Positions 39,468 through 50,400 are shown, counted from the stretch's first letter. The stretch: 64,000 nt of DNA from Gammaproteobacteria bacterium (GCA_965221695.1 OZ244905.1:1504001-1568000), one strand, 5' to 3'. Notes: a model not told the origin generated them from the sequence alone. Translations and numbers: made by a program.

Positions 39468-40340
39468 ATGAATACGTTCCAGGAAATTCCGCTACCCCTG
39501 TTTTATGCCTTTATTGGCCTCCTGGGACTGGCGGTCGGGAGTTTCCTGAACGTGGTCATTCTGAGGCTGCCGCGCATGATCGAAACGGCATGGCGCGCGG
39601 AGTGTCGTGAATTACTTGCTATCACCACCAGCGAACCAGAAGAACAGCCCTGGAACCTGCTCCGTCCCGGCTCCACATGCCCCCACTGCGGGCGCCGCCT
39701 CAGCTTGTTGGAGAACATCCCGGTAATCAGTTACCTGCTGCTCAAAGCAAGGTGCAAGGGTTGCAACAACAGGATTTCTTTACGTTACCCCCTGGTTGAA
39801 TTGCTGTGCGCAACGCTAACGCTGTTGGTCGCGCTCAGGTTCGGCATCAGCGCCCAGACCGCTTTTGCCTGTTTCTTCACCTGGGCGCTCATAGCGCTGG
39901 CCGGCATCGACATTGACCATCAACTACTGCCAGACAGCATCACTCTTCCCTTGCTATGGCTGGGCTTGTTCTGTAACTATTTTGGCCTGTACACAGACCT
40001 GTATTCCAGCGTGGCGGGCGCGGCAGCGGGTTACCTGATTTTTTGGCTGGTCCTGCATGTTTTCAAGCTCCTCACCGGCAGAGACGGGCTGGGCGCGGGC
40101 GATCTGAAGCTACTGGCGCTACTCGGCGCGTGGGCCGGCTGGCAGATGCTAGCGACAATTATTTTCGTTTCCTCGCTGCTCGGTTCACTGGTGGGACTTT
40201 ACCTGATTATTGCGCGCGGGCAGCAAAGGTCGACGCCAATCTCCTTCGGCCCCTACCTGGCCTGCGCAGGCTGGCTGTGCCTGATATGGGAGTTGGATAT
40301 TTTTGATTTTCGGTATCTGTCTGGAGCAATATTGACATGA
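39468..40340 (+). CDS. pilD: Prepilin peptidase/N-methyltransferase
   Basis: GSFLNVVI.RLP, CPHC/CKGC, ID....LPD, G.GD.KL, FGPYL. Confidence 0.95.
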   Translation: MNTFQEIPLPLFYAFIGLLGLAVGSFLNVVILRLPRMIETAWRAECRELLAITTSEPEEQPWNLLRPGSTCPHCGRRLSLLENIPVISYLLLKARCKGCNNRISLRYPLVELLCATLTLLVALRFGISAQTAFACFFTWALIALAGIDIDHQLLPDSITLPLLWLGLFCNYFGLYTDLYSSVAGAAAGYLIFWLVLHVFKLLTGRDGLGAGDLKLLALLGAWAGWQMLATIIFVSSLLGSLVGLYLIIARGQQRSTPISFGPYLACAGWLCLIWELDIFDFRYLSGAILT

Positions 40341-40951
40341 AGCTTCCCTTGCGCGTGGGCTTGACCGGAGGCATAGGCAGCGGTAAGTCTACAGTCAAAA
40401 ATTTCTTTGACGAACTCGGCGCGCCCACCATCGATGCAGACGAGATTTCCCACAAAATTACAAAACCCGGCCAGGCAGCTTTCGACGAGGTAGTGCGCCT
40501 GTTCGGAGCAGAGAGCCTCGATGAAACAGGCAACCTGGACCGGCGACGGTTGCGCGAACTGGTCTTCAGCGAACCGGCCCTGAAACAAAAGCTGGAGGCC
40601 ATCATCCACCCGCGCGTGCGCGCCCAAATCCAGGAGTTTATACATCAGACGGACTATCCATACTGCGTCATCTGCATACCTCTGCTACTGGAGACCGGCT
40701 CCCAGTCCAAGGTGGACAGGGTGTTGGTAGTGGACACGCCCGAGGAACTGCAGGTGGAGCGGGTCGGTCTGCGGGATCAGGCGGACGAACGGCAAACGAA
40801 GCGGATAATCCAATCTCAATTTGGCCGCGCGCAGAGATTACGCGCCGCGCATGACATAATTGTGAACGATGGTAATATTAACGACTTGAAAACACAGGTC
40901 AAAAGCCTGCATGACAGATACATGAACATCGGCTTGGAACAACAACAATAA
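40337..40951 (+). CDS. coaE: Dephospho-CoA kinase
   Basis: GLTGGIGSGKS, IDAD, LE.IIHP, PLLLE. Confidence 0.97.
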   Translation: MKLPLRVGLTGGIGSGKSTVKNFFDELGAPTIDADEISHKITKPGQAAFDEVVRLFGAESLDETGNLDRRRLRELVFSEPALKQKLEAIIHPRVRAQIQEFIHQTDYPYCVICIPLLLETGSQSKVDRVLVVDTPEELQVERVGLRDQADERQTKRIIQSQFGRAQRLRAAHDIIVNDGNINDLKTQVKSLHDRYMNIGLEQQQ

Positions 40952-40972
40952 CCTCACACACCTGACTGCGCT

Positions 40973-41743
40973 ATGGAACCTCTTCTGATCTACGAACATC
41001 CCCTGAACGAGCGTATCAGGACTCTGTTAAGAATAGAGAGCTTATTCGGCAGGTTAAGTCATTATTCCTCGTCAATCGACACTATGGACATGCGCCTGAG
41101 CATCTCCCTGATGATTAACCTGAATGAATTATTGAAACTGTCCGATACGCGAACCGAACTGACCCGGGAACTGGAGCGTTTCCAGTCTGTTCTAAGCGGG
41201 CTGGAAGGCAAGCCTGGAGTGGATGCCTACAAACTCAAGCATATCCTCAGCGATCTCAAAAAGTGTCTGGATGTCCTCAACGACGACGCCTGCCAACCCG
41301 GCGCCAGACTGGATAGCGATGAATTGATCACCTCCATCAAACAAAAGGACTCGCTGAGCGGAGGCGCATGCAATTTTGACTTGCCCGCCTATCAGTATTG
41401 GTTGAACAGGTCTACCCGCGCAAAACAACAAAGTCTGCGCGCCTGGCAGGAAGACCTGTCAATCGTCCGGAAAAGCGCAGAACTGGCGCTGAAACTGATT
41501 AGAAGTAATACCACATCAAAAAAAGAAATTGCTCAGGGAGGATTCTACCAGCAAGCGATTGAACCCAGCGCGCCTTACCAGTTGATCCGTATCATCACTG
41601 CGCGCGAGCTGAAGTGTTTCCCGGAAATCAGTGGCGGCAGACATCGGATCACGCTGCGTTTCCTGGAGCAGGAAGAGACGCAGCAGCGGCCGGCGCAAAC
41701 CGAAAAAGATGTGGCATTCGAACTGCAATTCTGCGCTTCATAA
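40973..41743 (+). CDS. zapD: Cell division protein ZapD
   Basis: YEHPLNERIRTLLR.E, GG.C.FDLP, FPEISG; follows coaE. Confidence 0.93.
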   Translation: MEPLLIYEHPLNERIRTLLRIESLFGRLSHYSSSIDTMDMRLSISLMINLNELLKLSDTRTELTRELERFQSVLSGLEGKPGVDAYKLKHILSDLKKCLDVLNDDACQPGARLDSDELITSIKQKDSLSGGACNFDLPAYQYWLNRSTRAKQQSLRAWQEDLSIVRKSAELALKLIRSNTTSKKEIAQGGFYQQAIEPSAPYQLIRIITARELKCFPEISGGRHRITLRFLEQEETQQRPAQTEKDVAFELQFCAS

Positions 41744-41748
41744 ACCGA

Positions 41749-42777
41749 TTATTCAAAGTCCCTGACTTTTTTCAACCTCGCGACCGCATCCGGCTTGCTC
41801 CACACATCGCTGATCAAGGCGACGCCCTGTGCCCCGTGCTGTATAGCAATGTCTACATCGGAAAGTTTCATTCCGCCAAGAGCATAAACAGGAACCGGTA
41901 TACGGCTCACCAACTCGGAAAATCCATCCCATCCGAGGATATTTTCCGAAGAACAAGGAGACTGTCCCCGGTTTCCGCTTGATGAAGATTCAGCTCTCTT
42001 GTTTCTGACCGGGGACAAAACACAAAAGTCAACGCCCACATCTACCGCGTGCGCCAATTCACGCCTGTTATGACAGGAAGCGGCAACCCAGGTCCCGGCA
42101 GGCAGCGGACGTTGCGCTAATTTCAACAAGCGCCTGCTGTTAAGGTGGACGCCGGAGGCGCCGACTTCCATAGCGTATGCCGGAGAAGCATTGACGAGCA
42201 ATTCCGCTCTCTTGCTTCTGCATTCGCCGATCATACTGATGGCAACCTGTTTGTGGCGCTTCGATTTTTTACTTCTAAACTGTGCCAACCTCACGCCGGC
42301 CGCGAGATATTCCTGCAATTCGCCCATGAAGGCCGGTGGGTAATGCTCCAGATCCGGAGTGATGAGATACACGGATGGCAGTTTGCAAGCGGTGATAATG
42401 CCCTTGTTTGCGGGGGGAAAATCCAATGCCGCCAGCGAGGAGATGTCAACCCATTGCGTCTCCTGTCCTTGCTGTCCTGTCACTTTTCCGTTCCAACGGT
42501 AGATCTTCCACACCTCAAGCCGCAATGATCTGTCGGGATAATCATAGTCGAATGAAATAAGTGGGGAACAATCACTGATCTCGATATTGATCTCTTCATA
42601 CAGTTCCCGTTTCAGCGCATCCAGCGCGGTCTCGCCAGCACGCGCTTTGCCGCCGGGGAATTCCCATAGACCGGCACAGTGAACGTCACGTGGACGCCTA
42701 GCGACCAACGCCTTGTCCCGCGTTGCATTGTAGACAACGCCCAAAACGACATGATCTGATGTTGTAATCCGCATCAA
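41749..42777 (-). CDS. Nudix (MutT-like) - thiamine-phosphate-synthase-like fusion
   Basis: WEFPGGK...GET...ALKREL.EE Nudix box; C-terminal TMP-TENI fold (GVHL, ASCH, PVYALGG). Confidence 0.92.
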   Translation of the reverse strand: MMRITTSDHVVLGVVYNATRDKALVARRPRDVHCAGLWEFPGGKARAGETALDALKRELYEEINIEISDCSPLISFDYDYPDRSLRLEVWKIYRWNGKVTGQQGQETQWVDISSLAALDFPPANKGIITACKLPSVYLITPDLEHYPPAFMGELQEYLAAGVRLAQFRSKKSKRHKQVAISMIGECRSKRAELLVNASPAYAMEVGASGVHLNSRRLLKLAQRPLPAGTWVAASCHNRRELAHAVDVGVDFCVLSPVRNKRAESSSSGNRGQSPCSSENILGWDGFSELVSRIPVPVYALGGMKLSDVDIAIQHGAQGVALISDVWSKPDAVARLKKVRDFE

Positions 42778-42907
42778 GGGTTAACGCAGGTTCACCTGTG
42801 GCAAGACGATAATTTTTGCATACTCCAGCGTGTTCGGCTCTGGCTCCGTTCCAAACAGAACTGGATGTGGGATAAAATCCGGGTTAACCCCGCTTCCGGG
42901 GCGTTTA

Positions 42908-44122
42908 TCAGCTCCGGTATTCAGCGTTAATGCTTACGTAGTCATGGGACAGATCGCAGGTCCAGTAGCAACCGCCGACTCCACCCTTGTCCAAATCTAT
43001 GCGTATCTCGATTTCCTTACCCTGCATGGCGGCAACCCCTTGCTCCTCGGTATAGCTTGCGGCCCTGGCGCCGTTCTCGACGATACACACCCCGTTCAGG
43101 CACAATGAAACCTTACTGATGTCCAGACTGGCGGTCCTGCTGCGGCCGATGGCGGCCAGCAACCTGCCCCAATTGGGATCCGAAGCATACAACGCGGTCT
43201 TCACCAGGGGCGATGTCGCCAGCGCCTCCGCGACCGCTGCGCATTCTTTATCATTGCGCGCATTATCGACACGGATGGTGACAAACTTTGTCGCGCCCTC
43301 GCCATCTCTGACTATCTCCTGTGCCAGGCGCATACATACCGTCGTAATTTGCTCTACCAGCAAACCATATGCGGGATGGTCTTCGTTTGTCACCGGGCCA
43401 ACATGGCCTTTGCCGGTGGCAACCAGGACACAGGCATCGTTGCTGGACGTATCGCCGTCAACACAGATTCTGTTGAACGATTGGTCCACGGCTGTCTTCA
43501 GTATACGGTCCAATACATCCTGATTGACGCTGGCATCAGTAGCGATAAAAGCCAGCATGGTTGCCATATCAGGTTTAATCATGCCAGAGCCTTTTGCAAT
43601 GCCGGTCACGACGCTCAAACCGGGGTCTGTTGCATACGCGCTAACACCTTTCGGGCGTGTATCGGTCGTCATAATGGCCCGAGCGCAATCGGGCCAGGCA
43701 TCGCCGGTTAATGCCTCAAGCAGTTGCGGCAGCGCGCGGCATATTTTATCAACCGGCAAGTATTCCCCGATCACGCCGGTGGAAAACGGGAGTATCGCTT
43801 CCTGCGCGCAACCGGTCCGGGAAGCCAAGGCCGCGCACACCTGCCTGGCGTCGTCAATGCCTCTGGCGCCGACTCCCGCATTGGCGTTACCGGCGTTGAC
43901 CAGCAGGTATCGGGCGGGTGCGCGCCTGAGGTGGTCCCTGGCGACCCTGACCGGCGCTGCCTGAAACCGGTTGCGGGTAAACACTGCGCTGAGCGTGGCG
44001 TCGGCGCAGACTTCGAACAAGGCGAGGTCGTCCCTGGGCTTGTCGTAGATGCCCGCCGATGCGGCAGCCAGCCGCATACCCGGCACTGGCAGTAGCTCCG
44101 GGAGCTGTGTTAATTCTGACAT
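42908..44122 (-). CDS. argJ: Bifunctional glutamate N-acetyltransferase/ornithine acetyltransferase
   Basis: GNANA, STGVIG, IMTTDT, KGSGMI.PDMATML, DGEGATK, DPNWGR. Confidence 0.97.
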   Translation of the reverse strand: MSELTQLPELLPVPGMRLAAASAGIYDKPRDDLALFEVCADATLSAVFTRNRFQAAPVRVARDHLRRAPARYLLVNAGNANAGVGARGIDDARQVCAALASRTGCAQEAILPFSTGVIGEYLPVDKICRALPQLLEALTGDAWPDCARAIMTTDTRPKGVSAYATDPGLSVVTGIAKGSGMIKPDMATMLAFIATDASVNQDVLDRILKTAVDQSFNRICVDGDTSSNDACVLVATGKGHVGPVTNEDHPAYGLLVEQITTVCMRLAQEIVRDGEGATKFVTIRVDNARNDKECAAVAEALATSPLVKTALYASDPNWGRLLAAIGRSRTASLDISKVSLCLNGVCIVENGARAASYTEEQGVAAMQGKEIEIRIDLDKGGVGGCYWTCDLSHDYVSINAEYRS

Positions 44123-44123
44123 G

Positions 44124-46817
44124 TCAGTTCAGTTTTCCATGGCAGAATTTGAATTTTTTGCCGGAACCGCAGGGGCAGAGTTCGTTGCGGCCGATTTTTC
44201 TCTGGTTGCGGATAAACGGTTTCTGCTGTGGCGGAGCCTCGGGCTTGGCGCCTATCGCGTTGGGCGCGTCCGGATGGCTGTACTGCACTTTTGCGGGCTG
44301 GGGTCGTTGCTGCAACATCTGGATGTCTTGATCCTCCTTGATCTGTATTTTCGCCAGCAGGGTAACAACATCATACTTGATGTTTTCCAGCATCAAGCCA
44401 AACATCGCGAATGCTTCCTTCTTGTATTCTTGCTTGGGATTCTTTGCCGCATAGCCGCGCAAGCCTATGCCCTGCCTGAGATGATCCATCGCCACCAGGT
44501 GCTCTTTCCAGTGCCGGTCCAGTGTATCCAGCATCAGTCCTTTTTCCACCCTACGCGCCAGTTCCTCCGGTAAATCTGCATGGCGCAGGTCGATATCGGC
44601 GGCGACACTCTCAAGCGTTTTTGCCAGCAGCGCCTGTTCGTCCATGGAAGCATCCTCATCCAGCCATTGCTGTACCGGCAGGCGTGTATTCAATTCATTG
44701 GCCAGGGCTTCTGTCAACGCGCCGATATCCCACATTTCGTCGAGGCTGCCGGGGGGGATATGGTTTGCAAAAATGCCTTTTATCACATCCTCCCGCATCG
44801 ATGTAATATCAGCGGTGACATCGTCTCCACCCAGCAGCCCACTACGCCATTCATAAATGACCTTGCGCTGGTCGTTGGCAACATCATCGTATTCGAGCAG
44901 GTGTTTACGGATTTCGAAGTTATGGGCCTCAACTTTCCTCTGCGCATTTTCAATCGCCTTGGTCACCAGGTTGGATTCGATGGCCTCGCCCTCCTCCATA
45001 CCCAACCGCTGCATGATGGAAGACACACGCTCGGATGCGAAGATACGCATCAGGTCGTCTTCAAGGGAGATATAGAACCGGCTTGAGCCCGGGTCGCCCT
45101 GGCGCCCGGAGCGACCTCGCAACTGGTTGTCGATACGCCGGGACTCGTGGCGTTCGGTGCCAACTATGCGCAAACCTCCCTGTTCGATCACCTTATTATG
45201 GCGTTCCAGCCAGGCCGCACGAGTCTGCTCCAGCAGCGCTTTATCGGCCTCTCCCAATGATTTGATTTCGGCATCCAGGTTTCCGCCAAGCACGATGTCG
45301 GTGCCGCGCCCTGCCATGTTGGTCGCAATGGTCACTGTGCCCGGACGTCCGGCCTGGGCAATGATCTCCGCCTCCTTCTCATGGTACTTGGCATTCAATA
45401 CCTGGTGTTTTATCTTCTGTTTCTTCAACTGGTTCGACAGGTATTCCGATACCTCTATGGACACGGTGCCAACCAGAACAGGCTGGCCGTTCTCCTGGCA
45501 GGATTTGATATCATCGATTATCGCCGTGTATTTCTCCTGGGCGGTCAAGTAAATCATATCCGCCTGGTCGTCCCTGATCATCGGCAGGTGAGTCGGAACT
45601 ACGGTCACTTCCAACCCGTAGATCTGCTGAAATTCATATGCTTCGGTATCCGCGGTGCCGGTCATGCCGGCCAGTTTTTCATAAAGGCGGAAATAATTCT
45701 GGTAGGTGATGGTCGCCAGTGTCTGGTTTTCATTCTGGATGGGCACGTTTTCCTTTGCCTCAATGGCCTGGTGCAAGCCGTCAGACCAGCGCCTGCCCGG
45801 CATAGTCCTGCCGGTAAATTCATCGACAATCACCACTTCATTGTTCTGCACGATATAATCGACATTATTATGGAACAGGGAATGGGCCCGCAGCGCCGCG
45901 TTCAAATGATGCAGGATGGGGATATTCACCGGGTCGTACAAGCTCATGCCTCGCTGCATTACATTGTTTTCCAACAGCATCTTCTCCACCCGGTCATGGC
46001 CTGTTTCCGTCAGGTAAGCCTGTTTGCTCTTCTCCTCCAGCACATAATCGCCATCTTCTTCTTCCTGCTTCTGCAGCCTTAACCGGGGGACAATCCTGTT
46101 CATGCTGAGGTACAGATCGGACCTGTCATCCACCATGCCGGAGATAATAAGCGGCGTGCGCGCCTCATCTATGAGTATCGAATCCACCTCATCAACTATT
46201 GCATACTTCAGGTTGCGTTGAACCTGATCGTCGTTGCGGAACTTCATGTTGTCGCGCAGGTAGTCGAAGCCAAATTCGTTATTGGTTCCATAAGTGATAT
46301 CTGCGGCATAAGCTTGTTTCCGCTGCTCGTTATTCAACCCGGACACGATCACGCCAGTGGTCATTCCCAAGAAAGAATAAATTGCCCCCATCCATTCGGC
46401 GTCGCGCTTGGCAAGGTAATCGTTGACAGTAATGATGTGCACGCCTGTGCCCGTGAGTGCGTTTAAGTAAGCCGGCAATGTCGCCACCAGCGTCTTGCCT
46501 TCGCCGGTGCGCATTTCCGCGATGTTGCCTTGGTGCAATACGATGCCGCCCAGTATTTGCACGTCGAAATGGCGCATATCCAAAGTTCTCCTGCCGGCTT
46601 CGCGCGCCAGGGCAAAGGCCTCCGGCAGGACCGCCTCCAAGGTTTCGCCACGTTCGATTCGGGATTTTAATTCCTCAGTCCTGCGCGGAAACTCTGCGTC
46701 CGCAAGCGCGGCAATATCCGCTTCAAGCATGTTGACCCGCTCAACGGTCTTTTGCATGCGCTTGAGGACGCGCGCGTTCCTGCTGCCGAACAGCTTCGTG
46801 AAAACGGTTTTTATCAC
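44124..46817 (-). CDS. secA: Preprotein translocase ATPase SecA
   Basis: MRTGEGKT, DEVDSILIDEARTPLIISG, C-terminal SEC-C CPCGSGKKFK.CH. Confidence 0.99.
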   Translation of the reverse strand: MIKTVFTKLFGSRNARVLKRMQKTVERVNMLEADIAALADAEFPRRTEELKSRIERGETLEAVLPEAFALAREAGRRTLDMRHFDVQILGGIVLHQGNIAEMRTGEGKTLVATLPAYLNALTGTGVHIITVNDYLAKRDAEWMGAIYSFLGMTTGVIVSGLNNEQRKQAYAADITYGTNNEFGFDYLRDNMKFRNDDQVQRNLKYAIVDEVDSILIDEARTPLIISGMVDDRSDLYLSMNRIVPRLRLQKQEEEDGDYVLEEKSKQAYLTETGHDRVEKMLLENNVMQRGMSLYDPVNIPILHHLNAALRAHSLFHNNVDYIVQNNEVVIVDEFTGRTMPGRRWSDGLHQAIEAKENVPIQNENQTLATITYQNYFRLYEKLAGMTGTADTEAYEFQQIYGLEVTVVPTHLPMIRDDQADMIYLTAQEKYTAIIDDIKSCQENGQPVLVGTVSIEVSEYLSNQLKKQKIKHQVLNAKYHEKEAEIIAQAGRPGTVTIATNMAGRGTDIVLGGNLDAEIKSLGEADKALLEQTRAAWLERHNKVIEQGGLRIVGTERHESRRIDNQLRGRSGRQGDPGSSRFYISLEDDLMRIFASERVSSIMQRLGMEEGEAIESNLVTKAIENAQRKVEAHNFEIRKHLLEYDDVANDQRKVIYEWRSGLLGGDDVTADITSMREDVIKGIFANHIPPGSLDEMWDIGALTEALANELNTRLPVQQWLDEDASMDEQALLAKTLESVAADIDLRHADLPEELARRVEKGLMLDTLDRHWKEHLVAMDHLRQGIGLRGYAAKNPKQEYKKEAFAMFGLMLENIKYDVVTLLAKIQIKEDQDIQMLQQRPQPAKVQYSHPDAPNAIGAKPEAPPQQKPFIRNQRKIGRNELCPCGSGKKFKFCHGKLN

Positions 46818-46928
46818 GTGGAAAGTCCCATCAATATGTCACTACTTCGCATCGCTTGAGCACGAAAAGGCTCGCACTGATTAAAACAGAACGACAGGAA
46901 AAAATAAAGATTCAGCGGACAGAAAGCT

Positions 46929-47810
46929 TTAGTTTAAAGAAATATAATTGCGGGGATTGATGTGCCGGCCGTTTTTGACGACCTCGAAATGTACATGCGG
47001 GCCGGTGCTGCGGCCGGTGCTGCCCATAAGCGCAATCACCTGCCCTTTTTCAACCCTATCCCCTACATTCACCAGGTTTTCACTGTTATGGGCGTATCGG
47101 GTTACGTAACCATTGCCGTGACTGATTTCAACCAGGTTTCCATAGCCCTTGTTCGGACCGGACCAGGTGACTATGCCCGAGGCAATGGAAGTAACCCCCG
47201 TGCCGGCCTTGCTGGCCAGGTCCAGGCCCAGGTGAAATTCTTTTTTACCGGTTATCGGATCAGTACGGTAGCCGAACAGTGACGAGATCCAGCCACCTTT
47301 TGCGGGATTGCCCAGTGGCTGGGCCGAGGCGCGCAGGCTTCTTCCCATCAACATAGCCTCCATGGCCGTCAGTTTGGTCTGACGGTCCTCCAGCGCCTGC
47401 TCTAAGCGGTTGAGTGAGATGAGAAAATCGTATTCGGACGATTCTCCTGAACCGTTCCCGGCCAGGTTGGTATGGGGACCACCGAGCCCGGGCTGGCTAT
47501 CGATATCGAATTCAATATCATCCACTTGCGCCATCTGTGCGAGCCTGGAACCCAGGGCATCCAGCCGCATCACATGGCTTTGCAACAGGCTTACCCTGCC
47601 AACCATAGCGTTCAGCGCCGTTTCGGTATCCGCTCTCACTTCCTCCAGAGACTGCAATTCACCCTCAACAGCGCGTTTGTTGAGATAAACTCCAACCAGA
47701 TTGGAAAGGTAGATCGAAACCGCGGCGAATGCCGCCAGCGCGACAACACACAGCTTTACCGGCAGCTTCAGGGCTTTCTTTTTACTGTTCAGAAAGATTA
47801 TCATCTTCAC
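46929..47810 (-). CDS. M23 family metallopeptidase
   Basis: TM + coiled coil + HLGLD, YAH, STGPHVHFEV; usual position before secA. Confidence 0.93.
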   Translation of the reverse strand: MKMIIFLNSKKKALKLPVKLCVVALAAFAAVSIYLSNLVGVYLNKRAVEGELQSLEEVRADTETALNAMVGRVSLLQSHVMRLDALGSRLAQMAQVDDIEFDIDSQPGLGGPHTNLAGNGSGESSEYDFLISLNRLEQALEDRQTKLTAMEAMLMGRSLRASAQPLGNPAKGGWISSLFGYRTDPITGKKEFHLGLDLASKAGTGVTSIASGIVTWSGPNKGYGNLVEISHGNGYVTRYAHNSENLVNVGDRVEKGQVIALMGSTGRSTGPHVHFEVVKNGRHINPRNYISLN

Positions 47811-47839
47811 ATGTTACAGCCCGAGAGCAAATTCAGACA

Positions 47840-48307
47840 ATGATATCCCGAAGATCTCTGCAGATGTATCTGTTAGCTGACATCATAACAAACTCTGATC
47901 AATTGTCACAAACCTTAAATCATATAGAAATGCTAGGGAGATTACAAACGAAACTACGTGATTACCTTGGGCCACCCCTGAATGGGCACGTAATTATCGC
48001 CAATTACCGGCAGGAAACTCTAGCGATTCATACAGACAGCGCTGCCTGGACGACCAGGTTGCGCTACCGCACACGGGATATTCAGAGACTTTTCCAGGAC
48101 GATCTGCCGGGAATAAAGACAATCAGTATTAAAAATCCGCCCATAGAGACGCGCTCGCAGACCACGCGCCAGGCCGCCAAAGCCTCTCCCCGGACGGTGG
48201 AAGCCATTCACAAGGTTGCTGTCGGGATGACAGACCCGCCTTTACGTTCCGCGCTACTGAGGATAGCGGACAAACTGTCAGGCGCTGGCGAGAGGTCGGA
48301 TATATGA
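47840..48307 (+). CDS. DciA/DUF721 family protein
   Basis: 'L.I..DSAAW.TRLRY' motif; conserved antisense position between the M23 gene and lpxC. Start uncertain. Confidence 0.8.
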   Translation: MISRRSLQMYLLADIITNSDQLSQTLNHIEMLGRLQTKLRDYLGPPLNGHVIIANYRQETLAIHTDSAAWTTRLRYRTRDIQRLFQDDLPGIKTISIKNPPIETRSQTTRQAAKASPRTVEAIHKVAVGMTDPPLRSALLRIADKLSGAGERSDI

Positions 48308-49189
48308 AACCGACTCTGCCACCTCTTCGTTGAAGTTTACGATCTCCCAAGCGTCCCGTGTATAGACCAGTTTGTTCAGCAGGCGGTTATTCAGTTCATG
48401 ACCGGATTTGTAACCCTGGTAAGAACCAATCAGGTTATGGCCGAGCAGGTACAGGTCGCCTATTGCGTCGAGGATCTTGTGCCTGACACACTCATCCTGA
48501 TAACGCAGGCCTTCCTTATTCACCACTTGTTCGCTATCGACGACCACTGCATTATCCAGGCTGCCTCCCAGGATAAGATTCTTCTTTCGCAAAAAGTCAA
48601 AATCCTTCATAAAGCCGAAGGTCCTGGCCCGGCAGACTTCTTTGATAAATGATGTGGTGGAAAAATCAACTTCCGCGCGGCAACGCCCGTTGCGAAACGC
48701 AGGATGATCGAACTGTATGGTAAACCCCACCTTGAACCCATCATAAGGTTCGAGCATTGCCCATTTGTCTCCATCCTCAACGGATAATTTCCGCTTTATT
48801 TTTAGAAAACGCTTTTCTTCATCCTGTTCACACACACCCGCAGATTGGATCATAAACACAAAAGGCCCGGCGCTGCCGTCCATGATCGGCACCTCTTCGG
48901 TGCTCACATCAATATAGGCATTGTCGATACTGAAGCCGGCGAACGCTGACAACAAATGCTCTACCGTGGACACTCTTGCCCCGTTGCTGACCAGTGTTGT
49001 AGACAACAGGGTGCTGCCTACATTGGCTGTCTGCGCAGGAATCTCCGTAGGGGGATCCTGGTCGACACGGCGGAAGATTATCCCCGTGTTTCCCGCTGCC
49101 GGGCGTATGGTAAGATCAGCTTTCTTGCCGGTATGCAGTCCTATGCCCTGCGCTCGGATTGCGTTTTTCAGTGTGCGTTGTTTTATCAC
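48278..49189 (-). CDS. lpxC: UDP-3-O-acyl-GlcNAc deacetylase
   Basis: [36 protein letters not shown]. Confidence 0.98.
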   Translation of the reverse strand: MIKQRTLKNAIRAQGIGLHTGKKADLTIRPAAGNTGIIFRRVDQDPPTEIPAQTANVGSTLLSTTLVSNGARVSTVEHLLSAFAGFSIDNAYIDVSTEEVPIMDGSAGPFVFMIQSAGVCEQDEEKRFLKIKRKLSVEDGDKWAMLEPYDGFKVGFTIQFDHPAFRNGRCRAEVDFSTTSFIKEVCRARTFGFMKDFDFLRKKNLILGGSLDNAVVVDSEQVVNKEGLRYQDECVRHKILDAIGDLYLLGHNLIGSYQGYKSGHELNNRLLNKLVYTRDAWEIVNFNEEVAESVSYIRPLASA

Positions 49190-49196
49190 GTGTCAA

Positions 49197-50339
49197 TCAA
49201 TCAGCCTGCCGCCTCAGAAATGCGGGAATCTCCAGGTAATCAGAGTCGTCTCCGACAGATAGGACATCATCATTGGCGACCTTGTTACGAAATACAGTAG
49301 GACGTTCAAGTGTACCATAATCCGGGTTTTGAACGCCAGGTTCATTGCTTGAAACCAGCGTCGGACGCGAAATCTGTTCAGCCGGATGGCTGAGTCCGGT
49401 CGCTACAATCGTTACCCATATTTCTCCGCTGAGTTCCGGGTTGAGCACCGTCCCGATCACCACTGTCGCCTCATCGGCGGCCACGGTCTTGATGATATTG
49501 CCCACCTCATTGAATTCGCCTATGCCAAAGTCCATGCCGGCGGTGATATTGGCGAGTATGCCTTTTGCGCCCGACAGATCAATATGTTCCAACAACGGGC
49601 TACTGATAGCTGCCTCTGTCGCAACCCTGGCGCGGTCTTCGCCCTGGGCTTTTCCGGAACCCATCATAGCCATACCCATTTCGCCCATCACGGTCTTGAC
49701 ATCAGCAAAGTCGACGTTGATCAACCCCTGGCAGGTAATAACTTGCGCAATTCCCTGGACCGCGCCCAGAAGGACGTCATCGGCAGCCTCGAACGCATTC
49801 AGCAGGGAAACATCAGAGCCAAGCACATCCACCAGCCTGTCATTAGGCACTGTGATTAGGGAATCGACGTATTGGCCAAGCTCGCGAATCCCGCTGTTGG
49901 CAACCTCAACCCGTTTCTTCCCTTCAAACGAGAACGGTTTGGTCACCACCGCAACGGTCAGGATACCCATTTCCTTTGCCACCTGGGCAACAACGGGCGC
50001 CGCGCCGGTGCCTGTGCCGCCGCCCATTCCGGCGGTAATGAACACCATGTCAGCGCCTTCCAGGATATCCATTATCCGATCCCTGTCTTCCAGCGCCGAC
50101 TGGCGTCCAATTTCCGGGTTGGCGCCGGCGCCCAGACCATTGGTAATATTGTTGCCCAGTTGTATGATGTTGCGCGCGCTGGATGCTTTCAACGCCTGGG
50201 CATCGGTATTGGCGCAGATGAACTCAACTCCTTCAATCTCGGCCGCCATCATATGGTTGACCGCGTTGCCGCCGCCGCCACCGACTCCAATCACTTTTAT
50301 CACTGCCGCCTGGTTTGCGGCATCGACGAGCTCAAACAT
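49197..50339 (-). CDS. ftsZ: Cell division protein FtsZ
   Basis: GGGTGTG tubulin signature, NVDFAD, C-terminal IPAFLRRQAD; probable ATG at 50339. Confidence 0.99.
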   Translation of the reverse strand: MFELVDAANQAAVIKVIGVGGGGGNAVNHMMAAEIEGVEFICANTDAQALKASSARNIIQLGNNITNGLGAGANPEIGRQSALEDRDRIMDILEGADMVFITAGMGGGTGTGAAPVVAQVAKEMGILTVAVVTKPFSFEGKKRVEVANSGIRELGQYVDSLITVPNDRLVDVLGSDVSLLNAFEAADDVLLGAVQGIAQVITCQGLINVDFADVKTVMGEMGMAMMGSGKAQGEDRARVATEAAISSPLLEHIDLSGAKGILANITAGMDFGIGEFNEVGNIIKTVAADEATVVIGTVLNPELSGEIWVTIVATGLSHPAEQISRPTLVSSNEPGVQNPDYGTLERPTVFRNKVANDDVLSVGDDSDYLEIPAFLRRQAD

Positions 50340-50400
50340 GTTATCTTCCTCCAAATTATTGAATAATGCGTTAAAGAACCTGGGTTGAATCTGAGAGTCT

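Noticed and set aside
42780-42905. Possible ncRNA between argJ and the Nudix gene (also the yajC-secD gap 22115-22248)
   Set aside because: Only short hairpins; no recognisable RNA family.
49345-50388. 347-aa plus-strand ORF, and similar long shadows at 17019-18008, 19132-20202 and 53337-54587
   Set aside because: Antisense or alternate-frame shadows of ftsZ, FDH and murB/murC, expected in GC-rich coding DNA.
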